Assembly (NCBI GenBank): GCA_039195375.1
Contig: JBCCVL010000003.1
Span: 9,201-73,200 of the forward strand
Direction: 5' to 3'
DNA length: 64,000 nt
Origin: Actinomycetota bacterium
GTDB taxonomy: Bacteria > Actinomycetota > Acidimicrobiia > Acidimicrobiales > SZUA-35
Below the pieces are notes generated by a model. That model saw only the letters and a list, made by a program, of their open reading frames with translations, had not been told where the DNA came from and did no database searches. Positions 40,170 through 48,386 of the stretch are shown here, in pieces; position 1 is the stretch's first letter, and the number at the start of each line of letters is the position of its first letter. The position numbers and the translations under genes are program-made.

Positions 40170-41222
40170 TCAGCGGATCAGCTCGCGGACCCGGGGGGCG
40201 ACCTCGGTCGCGAACCGCTCGATCGACCGCAGCGTCAGCTCGGGGTCGGCGATCGGCTCCATGAACATGACGAGATGCCGCGCGCCGGTGGCCTCGAGGT
40301 AACCGGCGACCTCGTCGGCCAGCGGCTCCGGTCGGCCGATCAAGGCGTTGGCGGCAACGGACTGCGCAAGCTCCACCCGGGTGGCTCGTGAGGCCGCGGT
40401 GCGGCTCTCGCCAGCGGATGCCTGCGGCACCTTCGGCCAGTCGCCGGCGATGAACAGGTCGAGGAGGCTGTCGGCGAGACGTTTCCTGGTCGTGTCCGGA
40501 TCGTCGGTGACCAGCACGATCAGCGTGTGGACGTGCCGGGGTTCGGGCTGCGACGGACAGCGGGCCTCGGCATGGCGTTGCTCGTGAACACGCCGGACCT
40601 CAGCCGGCACGGCGAAGTAGTGCAGGAGCGGCAGGCCCCTGGCCGCGGCGACGGCGATCCCGCCGTCCGATCGGGTGGCGGCGAACAGCCCGAGGCCGGA
40701 GTCGGGCATCGGTGGGTTGATCGAGACGTCGTCGAAGGCGAACCATGGCGTGCTCGCCGAGAGGGTCTCGCCCGCCCTGGCCCTGGCGAGCACGTCGATC
40801 GTCGCCTCCGGCTCGATGCCCCAGCGTCCGGTGTCGACGCCGAAGACCTCGTAGTCGCGCACGTAACCACCTCGGCCGATGCCGAGGTCGAAGCGCCCGC
40901 CGCTCATCCGGGCGAGGAGTGCGGACTGCTCGGCCAGCGCCACCGGATGGTGGAGCGGTGTGAGGGCGACGGCGGTCCCGACCCGGACGTTCGCCGTGCG
41001 ACCGAGGAGGAAGCTGGCGGCCGAGAGGGCGCTCGGGTTGAGACCGAACGGGATGAAGTGGTGCTCGGTGACCCACAGGTCGTGATAGCCGAGACGGTCG
41101 GCGAGCTCGGCCTGCCGGAGGGTGATGGCGAAGACGTCGTCCGGCTCGGCGGCCAGGTTGGCCCCCATGTTGAGGAACAGCCCGAATCGGAGCTGGTCGT
41201 CGGGCGGTGGGGCGTTGCTCAT
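40170..41222 (-). CDS. LLM-class (luciferase-like) flavin-dependent oxidoreductase
   Basis: FGLFLNMG, LGYHDLWVTEHHF, GRFDLGIGRGG. Confidence 0.8.
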   Translation of the reverse strand: MSNAPPPDDQLRFGLFLNMGANLAAEPDDVFAITLRQAELADRLGYHDLWVTEHHFIPFGLNPSALSAASFLLGRTANVRVGTAVALTPLHHPVALAEQSALLARMSGGRFDLGIGRGGYVRDYEVFGVDTGRWGIEPEATIDVLARARAGETLSASTPWFAFDDVSINPPMPDSGLGLFAATRSDGGIAVAAARGLPLLHYFAVPAEVRRVHEQRHAEARCPSQPEPRHVHTLIVLVTDDPDTTRKRLADSLLDLFIAGDWPKVPQASAGESRTAASRATRVELAQSVAANALIGRPEPLADEVAGYLEATGARHLVMFMEPIADPELTLRSIERFATEVAPRVRELIR

Positions 41223-41238
41223 CGTTGCTCCCGGGTCC

Positions 41239-41272
41239 GATGCTAGATTGAATATGAATTCAATCTAGCATC
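41239..41272. promoter_or_regulatory. 34-bp palindromic operator candidate (15-4-15) in the LLM/tetR divergent spacer
   Basis: GATGCTAGATTGAAT-atga-ATTCAATCTAGCATC, perfect arms. AT-rich island in a GC-rich genome. Lies 17 nt from the LLM start and 46 nt from the tetR start. Confidence 0.65.
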
Positions 41273-41317
41273 CGAGGCGACGATGGCAAGCTGGGAGCCG
41301 GCAGGATCGGAGGTGGC

Positions 41318-41920
41318 ATGGACGTCGATCGCAAACCCCGCAGCGACGGAGAGGAGACACGGGCCAGCGTGCTCGACGCCGCTGACCGTCTCTTCGCCGC
41401 GAACGGTTTCGACGGCACGTCGCTCGCGGCCATCTCCGCCGACTCCGGCGTTTCACCCCCGCTGATCAAGCACCACTTCGGCGGCAAGGAGGAACTGTGG
41501 CGCGAGGCGAAGCGTCGGGTCGTCCAACGCTTCGTCGCCGCCCAGGCGCTTCCCGACCCGGACGGGCCGCTCGACGAGGCGACGGTGCGCGATGCGTTCC
41601 ACGCCTACTTCGACTACGCCCGCGCCAACCCGGCGATCATCCGCTTCGGGCTGTGGGTCCGCCTCCGGGGCGAGCTCGACGACTGGGGCGGCGAGGCGGA
41701 GGTCTTCGGGACGATGGTCGTGCTGGTCGAGCAGGGCCAGCGTCAGGGGCTGCTCCGGGCCGACGTTCCCGCCTTCGACCTGCTGATGGCGTTCGGTGGG
41801 ATGGTCCGGATGTGGGTCCTCGACCAACCCCACTTCAGCCTGCTGCTCGGCGAGGATCCCGACGACGACGCCAGAGCCGAGGCGTACTTCGACAACGCCC
41901 TCCGCCTGATCCGGCCATGA
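41318..41920 (+). CDS. TetR-family transcriptional regulator
   Basis: HTH RASVLDAADRLFAANGFDGTSLAAISADSGVSPPLIKHHFGGKEELW. Confidence 0.88.
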   Translation: MDVDRKPRSDGEETRASVLDAADRLFAANGFDGTSLAAISADSGVSPPLIKHHFGGKEELWREAKRRVVQRFVAAQALPDPDGPLDEATVRDAFHAYFDYARANPAIIRFGLWVRLRGELDDWGGEAEVFGTMVVLVEQGQRQGLLRADVPAFDLLMAFGGMVRMWVLDQPHFSLLLGEDPDDDARAEAYFDNALRLIRP

Positions 41921-41969
41921 TCCCGGCGGCGATCAGCCGTTCGCCCGTCGACGGGCGCGAGGCGTCTGC

Positions 41970-42401
41970 CTACCCGTCGATGATCACGAACGTGATCTCG
42001 GCCTGACAGGCGGTCTCGCCGTCGACCGACGCCGTTCCCCTGGCCTTGCCTGCCCGCGATCCGAGCCGGAGGATCTCCACGTCGAGCCGGAGTTCCTCAC
42101 CGGGAACGACCTGACGACGGAAGCGGACCTTCTCGGCCCCGCCGAACAGCGGCAGCTTGCCCCGGAACCGATCCTCGGCCAGCAGCCCGCAGGCCCCGAC
42201 CTGGGCCAGCGCCTCCAGCATCAGCACACCTGGCAGCGTCGGCCGGCCGGGGAAGTGGCCGGCGAAGAACTCCTCCTCGCCGGTCAGCTTCCAGGTACCG
42301 GCGACCGACTCACCTGGCTTGATCTCGACCAGCCGATCGACGAGCAGGAACGGCTCCCGGTGGGGGAGCAGGTCTCGGGGTTCGGGGAGTGGCTCGGACA
42401 C
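41970..42401 (-). CDS. fabZ: 3-hydroxyacyl-ACP dehydratase
   Basis: LLPHREPFLLVDRLVEI, FFAGHFPGRPTLPGVLMLEALAQ. Confidence 0.9.
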   Translation of the reverse strand: MSEPLPEPRDLLPHREPFLLVDRLVEIKPGESVAGTWKLTGEEEFFAGHFPGRPTLPGVLMLEALAQVGACGLLAEDRFRGKLPLFGGAEKVRFRRQVVPGEELRLDVEILRLGSRAGKARGTASVDGETACQAEITFVIIDG

Positions 42402-42410
42402 GGTGCTGCC

Positions 42411-43586
42411 TCAGGGAGCCGGGGCGATGACCAGGGTGCCGTTGTGGCCGCCGAAGCCGAAACTGTTGCTCAACGACGGCGACGGCTCCCAGCTGCGGGG
42501 TTCACCGGTGACGATGTCGAGCGTCGGCATCTCGGGATCGACGTTGACCAGGCCCTGCGTCGGCGGGATCTGACGGTGTCGGATCGACTGCAGCACCGCC
42601 GCCGCCTCCAGGGCCCCGGCGGCGCCGAGGGCGTGGCCGGTGACGCCCTTGGTCGACGTGATCACCGGGCCGGGCGAGGTGCCGAAGACCTTGGCGATGG
42701 CATGGGCCTCGGCCATGTCGTTGAGCGGCGTCGACGTTCCGTGGGCATTGATGTGGCCGACGTCGCCGACGGCGATGCCGGCGTCGGCCAGCGCCAACTC
42801 CATGCAGCGGATGGCGCCCGAACCGCCTGGCGCCGGGGCGGTGATGTGGTGGGCGTCGGCCGTACTGGCCGAGCCGAGCACGAGGCCGAGGATCGTCGCT
42901 CCACGGGCCCTGGCCCGCTCCAGGTCCTCGAGCACGAGCACCGCAGCGCCCTCGCCCATGACGAAGCCGTCGCGCTCGGTGTCGAACGGCATCGACCGAC
43001 CGCTGCTCGACAGAGCGGTCATGTTGCCGAACCCGGCCAACGACGTCGGGGTGAACGGCGCTTCGCTCCCGCCGGCGATCATGACGTCACAGCGGCCCGA
43101 CTGGATCGTGCTGGCTGCGTTCCCGATGGCGTGGGTCCCCGCCGCACAGGCGGTCACCGTGGTCTCACACGGCCCCTGGAAGCCGTGGCGCATCGACACC
43201 GCGGCCGACGCCGCGTTCGGCATCATCATCGGTATCAGGAACGGCGACACCCGTCGATCGCCCTTCTCGTGGCGAACGACGATCTGTTGTTCGTTCGTGC
43301 TGATCCCGCCGATGCCGGTGCCGATCATGACCCCGATCCGGTCGGGGTCGGCGCCGAGCTCGCCCGCCTCCTCCAGGGCCATGGCTGCGGCGGCGATGGC
43401 GTACTGGGTGAACGGGTCGGCCCGCCTGGCGTCCTTCGGGCTGTCGTACCAGGGCGCCGGGTCCCAGTCGGGAACCTTGCGGTCGCCGTCGGCCGGCGGG
43501 GCGAGGAGACCCTGCCAGAACGCGTCGGCCCCGACGCCGCAGGAGGCGACGACACCGAGCCCGGTGACGGCGACCGGCCCGGTCAT
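42411..43586 (-). CDS. fabF: beta-ketoacyl-ACP synthase II
   Basis: ORF 42411..43790 trimmed to ATG 43586 ([13 protein letters not shown]). TTVTACAAGTHAIG (active Cys), INAHGTSTPLND, SNSFGFGGHN. Confidence 0.92.
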   Translation of the reverse strand: MTGPVAVTGLGVVASCGVGADAFWQGLLAPPADGDRKVPDWDPAPWYDSPKDARRADPFTQYAIAAAAMALEEAGELGADPDRIGVMIGTGIGGISTNEQQIVVRHEKGDRRVSPFLIPMMMPNAASAAVSMRHGFQGPCETTVTACAAGTHAIGNAASTIQSGRCDVMIAGGSEAPFTPTSLAGFGNMTALSSSGRSMPFDTERDGFVMGEGAAVLVLEDLERARARGATILGLVLGSASTADAHHITAPAPGGSGAIRCMELALADAGIAVGDVGHINAHGTSTPLNDMAEAHAIAKVFGTSPGPVITSTKGVTGHALGAAGALEAAAVLQSIRHRQIPPTQGLVNVDPEMPTLDIVTGEPRSWEPSPSLSNSFGFGGHNGTLVIAPAP

Positions 43587-43825
43587 CAGAGCTTGCCGAC
43601 CACGAGGTCGTAGGCGGCACCGACGGTCTCGATGCCCTCCAGCTCCTCCTCCTCGACGGAGACGTCGAACTCCTCCTCGAGGGCCATCACCAGCTCGACC
43701 AGGTCGAGGCTGTCGGCATCGAGGTCTTCGGCGAAACGGGCCTCCTTGGTCACCTTGTCGGCATCGACCGACAGGACCTCGACGGCGCACTTCTTGAAGG
43801 CATCGAACTTGGCGTCATCACTCAC
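43586..43825 (-). CDS. acpP: acyl carrier protein
   Basis: ORF 43586..43912 trimmed to GTG 43825, 7 nt after [26 protein letters not shown] (phosphopantetheine Ser). Confidence 0.92.
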   Translation of the reverse strand: MSDDAKFDAFKKCAVEVLSVDADKVTKEARFAEDLDADSLDLVELVMALEEEFDVSVEEEELEGIETVGAAYDLVVGKL

Positions 43826-43936
43826 GGTCGTTCCTCCTGGAACTCTCTGTTTGGAAGGTAGTGCAAAGATCTGCACGCTGTTGCGGGAGCCATCGGCCGC
43901 AAACAGGGTCACACGGTAACGGTCGTTGCCCGCCGG

Positions 43937-44683
43937 TCAAAAGCCGCCGCCCATGCCGAGGCCGCCGTCGACGGCGAGGGTGTGGCCGGTGACGTACCCG
44001 GCCGCCTGCGAGGTCAGGAACTCGATGGCCGCCGCCACCTCGTCGGCCGAGCCGACCCGACCGACGGGCACGATGCCCGCCATCTGCTCGATCGTGTCGT
44101 CGCCGAGGGCGGCGAGCATGTCGGTCTCGATCGGGCCGGGGGCCACGACGTTGACCGTGATGCCGCGGGAGGCGAACTCGCGGGCCATCGAGCGCGCCAG
44201 CCCGACGAGGCCGGCCTTCGACGCTGCGTAGTTGGCCTGTCCGGCCTGGCCGATCGAACCGACGACCGACGACACGAAGACGACCCGACCCCACCGGGCC
44301 CGCATCATGCCCTTTGCCGCCCGTTTTGCGGTGCGGAAGGCGCCCGTGAGGTTGGCATCGACGATGTCGGCGAAGTCGTCGTCGGACATACGCAGCATCA
44401 GCATGTCCCTGGTGACCCCGGCGTTGGCGACGACGATCGTCGGCGGGCCGAGCTCGGCCTCGACCCGGGTGATGGCGGCGTCGACCGACTCGGTCTCGGT
44501 GATGTCGCACTCCACCCACAGCAGGCGCTCGTCGAGCTCCTCGGGCTTCGACCGGGAAGCGACGGCGACCCGGTGGCCACGGTCGGCCAGTCGGCGGGCT
44601 GCGGCGAGGCCGATACCCCGGGTCCCGCCGGTCACGAAGGCGACTCGGCCGTGATCGTGCTCGTCGGTCGTCTCGTCGGCCAT
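43937..44683 (-). CDS. fabG: 3-oxoacyl-ACP reductase
   Basis: ORF 43937..45523 trimmed to ATG 44683. VAFVTGGTRGIG, NAG, YAASKAGLVG, HTLAVDGG. Confidence 0.9.
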   Translation of the reverse strand: MADETTDEHDHGRVAFVTGGTRGIGLAAARRLADRGHRVAVASRSKPEELDERLLWVECDITETESVDAAITRVEAELGPPTIVVANAGVTRDMLMLRMSDDDFADIVDANLTGAFRTAKRAAKGMMRARWGRVVFVSSVVGSIGQAGQANYAASKAGLVGLARSMAREFASRGITVNVVAPGPIETDMLAALGDDTIEQMAGIVPVGRVGSADEVAAAIEFLTSQAAGYVTGHTLAVDGGLGMGGGF

Positions 44684-44688
44684 GGACG

Positions 44689-45675
44689 TCAGCCGGCCCA
44701 GCGCACGATGGCGCAGGCCCAGGTCATCCCGGCCCCGAAGCCGAGGAACATGACGGTCGAGCCCGGCTCGACCCGGTTCTCGCTCAGCGCATGGTCGAGG
44801 GCGAGCGGGATCGATGCCGCCGAGGTGTTGCCGGTGCGCTCGAGCACCATCGCCGTTCGATCCATGTCGAACCCGAGCCGCTTCCAGGCGGCCTCGACGA
44901 TCCGGATGTTGGCCTGGTGGGGGACGATGAGGTCGATGTCGTCCGCGGTGAGACCGGCGGACTCCATCGCCGCCGTCGCCGACCGCTGCATCACGGTCAC
45001 GGCCTGGCGGAAGACCTCCTTGCCGTCCATCTGCAGCACGTCGCCGTGGTCGGCATAGAGAATGTGCACGTAGTTGCCGTTCGAGCCCATGTCCCACGAC
45101 AGGAGCTGACCGGTGCCGGTCTGGTCGCGTTCGACCACCGCGGCGCCGGCCCCGTTGCCGAACAGGATGCCGGTGCCCCGGTCGTGGTAGTCGGTGATCC
45201 GGTCGAGGGTCTCGGCCCCGATGACCAGGATCTTGTCCATGCCCTGGAGCAGGAGACCGTTGGCGATGATCAGCCCGTAGACCCAGCCAGAGCAGGCGGC
45301 CTGCAGGTCGAAGGCGCCGGCGAGGATACCGAGCTCGCGAGCGACCGCCGGGGCGGTACCGGGGCAGATGTGGTCCGGGCTCGTGGTGGCGAGGATGACC
45401 TGATCGATCTCGGACGCGTCGACGCCGGCGTCGGCCAGCGCCCGTTGGGCCGCCTCGGTCGACAGGCCAGACGTCGAGCCGCCGATCCGCCGCTCCCCGA
45501 TACCGGTCCGCTCGCGGATCCACTCGTCACTGGTGTCCATCCACGCCGTCAGGTCGGCGTTGGTCAGCACCTTCTCGGGCAGCGCTGCCCCGATGCCGGA
45601 GATCTTGAGACCCCAGGGGCCTCCCATCGGCCGAGGAGGGTGGGCCTCGGCGGCCCGTGCCGGTTCAGTGGCCAT
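44689..45675 (-). CDS. fabH: beta-ketoacyl-ACP synthase III
   Basis: ORF 44689..45747 trimmed to ATG 45675. SDEWIRERTGIGERR, AACSGWVYGL (active Cys), VPHQANIRI, GNTSAASIPLAL. Confidence 0.92.
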   Translation of the reverse strand: MATEPARAAEAHPPRPMGGPWGLKISGIGAALPEKVLTNADLTAWMDTSDEWIRERTGIGERRIGGSTSGLSTEAAQRALADAGVDASEIDQVILATTSPDHICPGTAPAVARELGILAGAFDLQAACSGWVYGLIIANGLLLQGMDKILVIGAETLDRITDYHDRGTGILFGNGAGAAVVERDQTGTGQLLSWDMGSNGNYVHILYADHGDVLQMDGKEVFRQAVTVMQRSATAAMESAGLTADDIDLIVPHQANIRIVEAAWKRLGFDMDRTAMVLERTGNTSAASIPLALDHALSENRVEPGSTVMFLGFGAGMTWACAIVRWAG

Positions 45676-45755
45676 GATGCGCTCGTTCCTCGGGTTCGCT
45701 TCGGGTCGTCTGGTCCGTCCCGACCCCGCCACGGTTGGCCGTGCCACGCCGCATG

Positions 45756-46949
45756 TCAGGGCATCCCAACACTAGCTGCTCGCAGCCACGCCAACGGCTG
45801 TGACGTGGTCACCCGCTCGCCGGCCAGGGCCAGGAGGCCCTCGAGGCTGCCGGCGAACGCCGAGCGGACGTCCTGCCCGCCGACCGACCCGATCCGCTGA
45901 CCCCGCTCGATCGGGTCGCCGATGGTCACGCCGTCTGCCGGGGTGAAGGTGCCGGTCGACGGGCTCACGATGAGCCGTTCGACCGCGTACAGGAGCTCGC
46001 CCTCGGCCACACGGCCGGACTGGGAGGCGTGCGACAGGTCCTCCAGGAGGGTGTCGACGTCACCCGGTGTGTTGATGCCGAGGTTGGTGGCCCCCTTGAT
46101 CGTGCGCTTGACCATGCCGGTCAGGACGGTGCCGGGCCCGAGTTCGAGGAAGACCGTGGAACCGGCCTGGTCGAGGGCGTGCAGCGTCCGCCGCCACTGG
46201 ACGGGGTTGGTCAGCTGGGCACCGAGCAGGCCGGACCAGTCGGCGTCGGTGTGGGCCTCGGCGTCGATGTTGGTGAAGACCGGCCGGTTGGCCGGGCGCA
46301 TCTCGGTCTCCGACAGGGTCTTGCGGAGCCGGTCTCGGGCCGGCGACATGAACGGGGTGTGGAAGGCGCCGCCGACCTTGATCGGCATGACCCGCTTGGC
46401 TCCGAGGTCCTTGGCCGCGACCCCGGCCCGTTCGAGGTCGTCCGGATCACCGGCGATGACCACCTGGCCGGGGGCGTTGTAATTGGCCACCCAGACGTCG
46501 CCGTCGATGCGGCAGGCCTGGTCGACCTTGTCGTCGTCGAGGCCGAGGACGGCGGCCATCGTGCCGGGGCGCTCCTCGGCCGCGGCCTGCATCGCCTCCC
46601 CCCGCTCGGCAACGAGTTGCACGCCGGCCGAGTAGCTGACCACCCCGGCCGCGGTCAGGGCCGAGTACTCACCGAGGCTGTGGCCGGCGAGGAACGCCGG
46701 CTCGATGCCGATCCGCTCGACGGCATCGAGCACGATCATCGACAGCACGTAGGTCGACAGCTGCGAGTTGCGGGTTTGGCGCAGTTCTTCGGCGTCGGCG
46801 TCGAGCAGCAGGTGCTCGACGTCGCGCCCGGCGGCCTCGGATGCCTCACCGACCAGCTCCCACGAGGGGTGGTCCCGCCAGGCCTCACCCATCCCCGGCG
46901 CCTGTGAACCTTGGCCGGGAAGCGTGAACGCAATCATCACCTGAGTCAT
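45756..46949 (-). CDS. fabD: malonyl-CoA:ACP transacylase with C-terminal biotinyl/lipoyl-like domain
   Basis: ORF 45756..47669 trimmed to ATG 46949 because the longer ORF runs antisense through tRNA-Leu. FTLPGQGSQ, LAGHSLGEYSAL, VGGAFHTP. Residues ~316-397 are extra (see findings). Confidence 0.88.
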   Translation of the reverse strand: MTQVMIAFTLPGQGSQAPGMGEAWRDHPSWELVGEASEAAGRDVEHLLLDADAEELRQTRNSQLSTYVLSMIVLDAVERIGIEPAFLAGHSLGEYSALTAAGVVSYSAGVQLVAERGEAMQAAAEERPGTMAAVLGLDDDKVDQACRIDGDVWVANYNAPGQVVIAGDPDDLERAGVAAKDLGAKRVMPIKVGGAFHTPFMSPARDRLRKTLSETEMRPANRPVFTNIDAEAHTDADWSGLLGAQLTNPVQWRRTLHALDQAGSTVFLELGPGTVLTGMVKRTIKGATNLGINTPGDVDTLLEDLSHASQSGRVAEGELLYAVERLIVSPSTGTFTPADGVTIGDPIERGQRIGSVGGQDVRSAFAGSLEGLLALAGERVTTSQPLAWLRAASVGMP

Positions 46950-47131
46950 TACTCTGCTCTGACCTGTCCGGGGGCCAGAACGTTTCACCTCCCGGTCCTT
47001 CGACGATCCAGGATCGGGATCGATACATCGGGCTCGGCGATGTTGGCGCCGGGCCCGGCGGCCCGCCGGCGTCGGGCGGGCCCGCTCGGCATCCTCATCG
47101 GCGATTGGCGAGGCGCTATGGTTGAGTGCTC

Positions 47132-47217
<86 letters not shown>

Positions 47218-47320
47218 CATCCGCACTGCACCGCCGACCTCGGTTGGCCCGGCGGCGCGCCCAGGCGGTCAACGCCCGCCACGACGTACGTTTCCCACAC
47301 CCCGGCCCGAGGGGCACACG

Positions 47321-47626
47321 ATGTTCCGGTCCTCCCTGGAGAAGAGCCTGATCGAGAAGAAGCTGACGGCGCTGTCACGCGAGCTGCAGACGTTGAGGAA
47401 CGAGCTCGGGGTCGTGGAGGAGCAGTTGATCCAGGTCGCCGACGAAGCCGAGAGCTCGCGGCTGCGGTCGCTGGTCTCCGAGACGCCACAGGCCGTGCAC
47501 GAGGAGCGGGAGGCCGCGAAGGCGGTCGCCGCGGTCCGCCGTGACCGCGACGCCAAGCTGAAGCGGCTCGAGAAGCTCGAACGCAAGCAGGACGACCTGC
47601 TCGACCGGCTGACCGAGGCCCGATGA
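47321..47626 (+). CDS. coiled-coil protein (hypothetical)
   Basis: ORF 47126..47626 trimmed to ATG 47321 because the upstream part overlaps the tRNA. 101 aa, heptad-like LTALSRELQTLRNELGVVEEQLIQV...KLKRLEKLERKQDDLLDRL. Good G/C third-position bias. Confidence 0.55.
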   Translation: MFRSSLEKSLIEKKLTALSRELQTLRNELGVVEEQLIQVADEAESSRLRSLVSETPQAVHEEREAAKAVAAVRRDRDAKLKRLEKLERKQDDLLDRLTEAR

Positions 47627-47711
47627 GCGGAACGGCGCCGACGAATCCGATCGCCGACCGTCCGACCACCGGTGGACGAACGGCGAGCCTGCGACCCCGG
47701 GAGGTCGAACG

Positions 47712-48302
47712 ATGAGTGTCACCTCACCGCCGGTGCGGGTCGTGATCGCCGAGGACGAGCCCCTGATCCGCCTCGACCTGCGCGAGTCGCTCGAGGAGGA
47801 GGGCTACGAGGTCGTCGGCGAGGCGGGCGACGGTGCCGAGGCCGTCGCCCTGGTCCGCGAGTTGCGGCCGGACGTCGCCATCCTCGACATCAAGATGCCT
47901 GGCGTCGACGGCCTGGCCGCGGCCCGTGACATCGTCGGCGAGCGACTCGCCGCCGTCGTCGTCCTCACGGCGTTCTCCCAGCGGGAGCTGATCGAGCAGG
48001 CCCGTGACGCCGGTGCGCTGCAGTACCTGGTCAAGCCGTTCGAGCGCCGGGAGCTGGTGCCGGCGATCGAGCTGTCGATCGCCCGCTTCCGAGAGCTGGT
48101 TGCGCTGTCTGACCAGGCCGAGGCGCTGACCGAGCAGTTGGAGACCCGCAAGGTCGTCGACCGGGCCAAGGGCAAGCTGATGGATGGCCACGGCATGAGC
48201 GAGCAGGACGCGTTCCGTTTCCTGCAGACCACGGCGATGGGCTCGCGCTCGTCGATGCGGGAGGTGGCCGAGAAGGTCATCGCCGACGAGCTCACGCCCT
48301 GA
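47712..48302 (+). CDS. pdtaR: response regulator with ANTAR RNA-binding output domain (PdtaR-like)
   Basis: REC VVIAEDEPLIRLDL...DVAILDIKMPGVDG. ANTAR ETRKVVDRAKGKLMDGHGMSEQDAFRFLQTTAMGSRSSMREVAEKVI. Confidence 0.88.
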   Translation: MSVTSPPVRVVIAEDEPLIRLDLRESLEEEGYEVVGEAGDGAEAVALVRELRPDVAILDIKMPGVDGLAAARDIVGERLAAVVVLTAFSQRELIEQARDAGALQYLVKPFERRELVPAIELSIARFRELVALSDQAEALTEQLETRKVVDRAKGKLMDGHGMSEQDAFRFLQTTAMGSRSSMREVAEKVIADELTP

Positions 48303-48386
48303 GCCGCCGGCGACGACGGCCTCCGACAGCCTGGCCGGCGACCGGAGACACGGCCTGTCGTTGCTCGGCCAGCGAAGGCACCGGCG

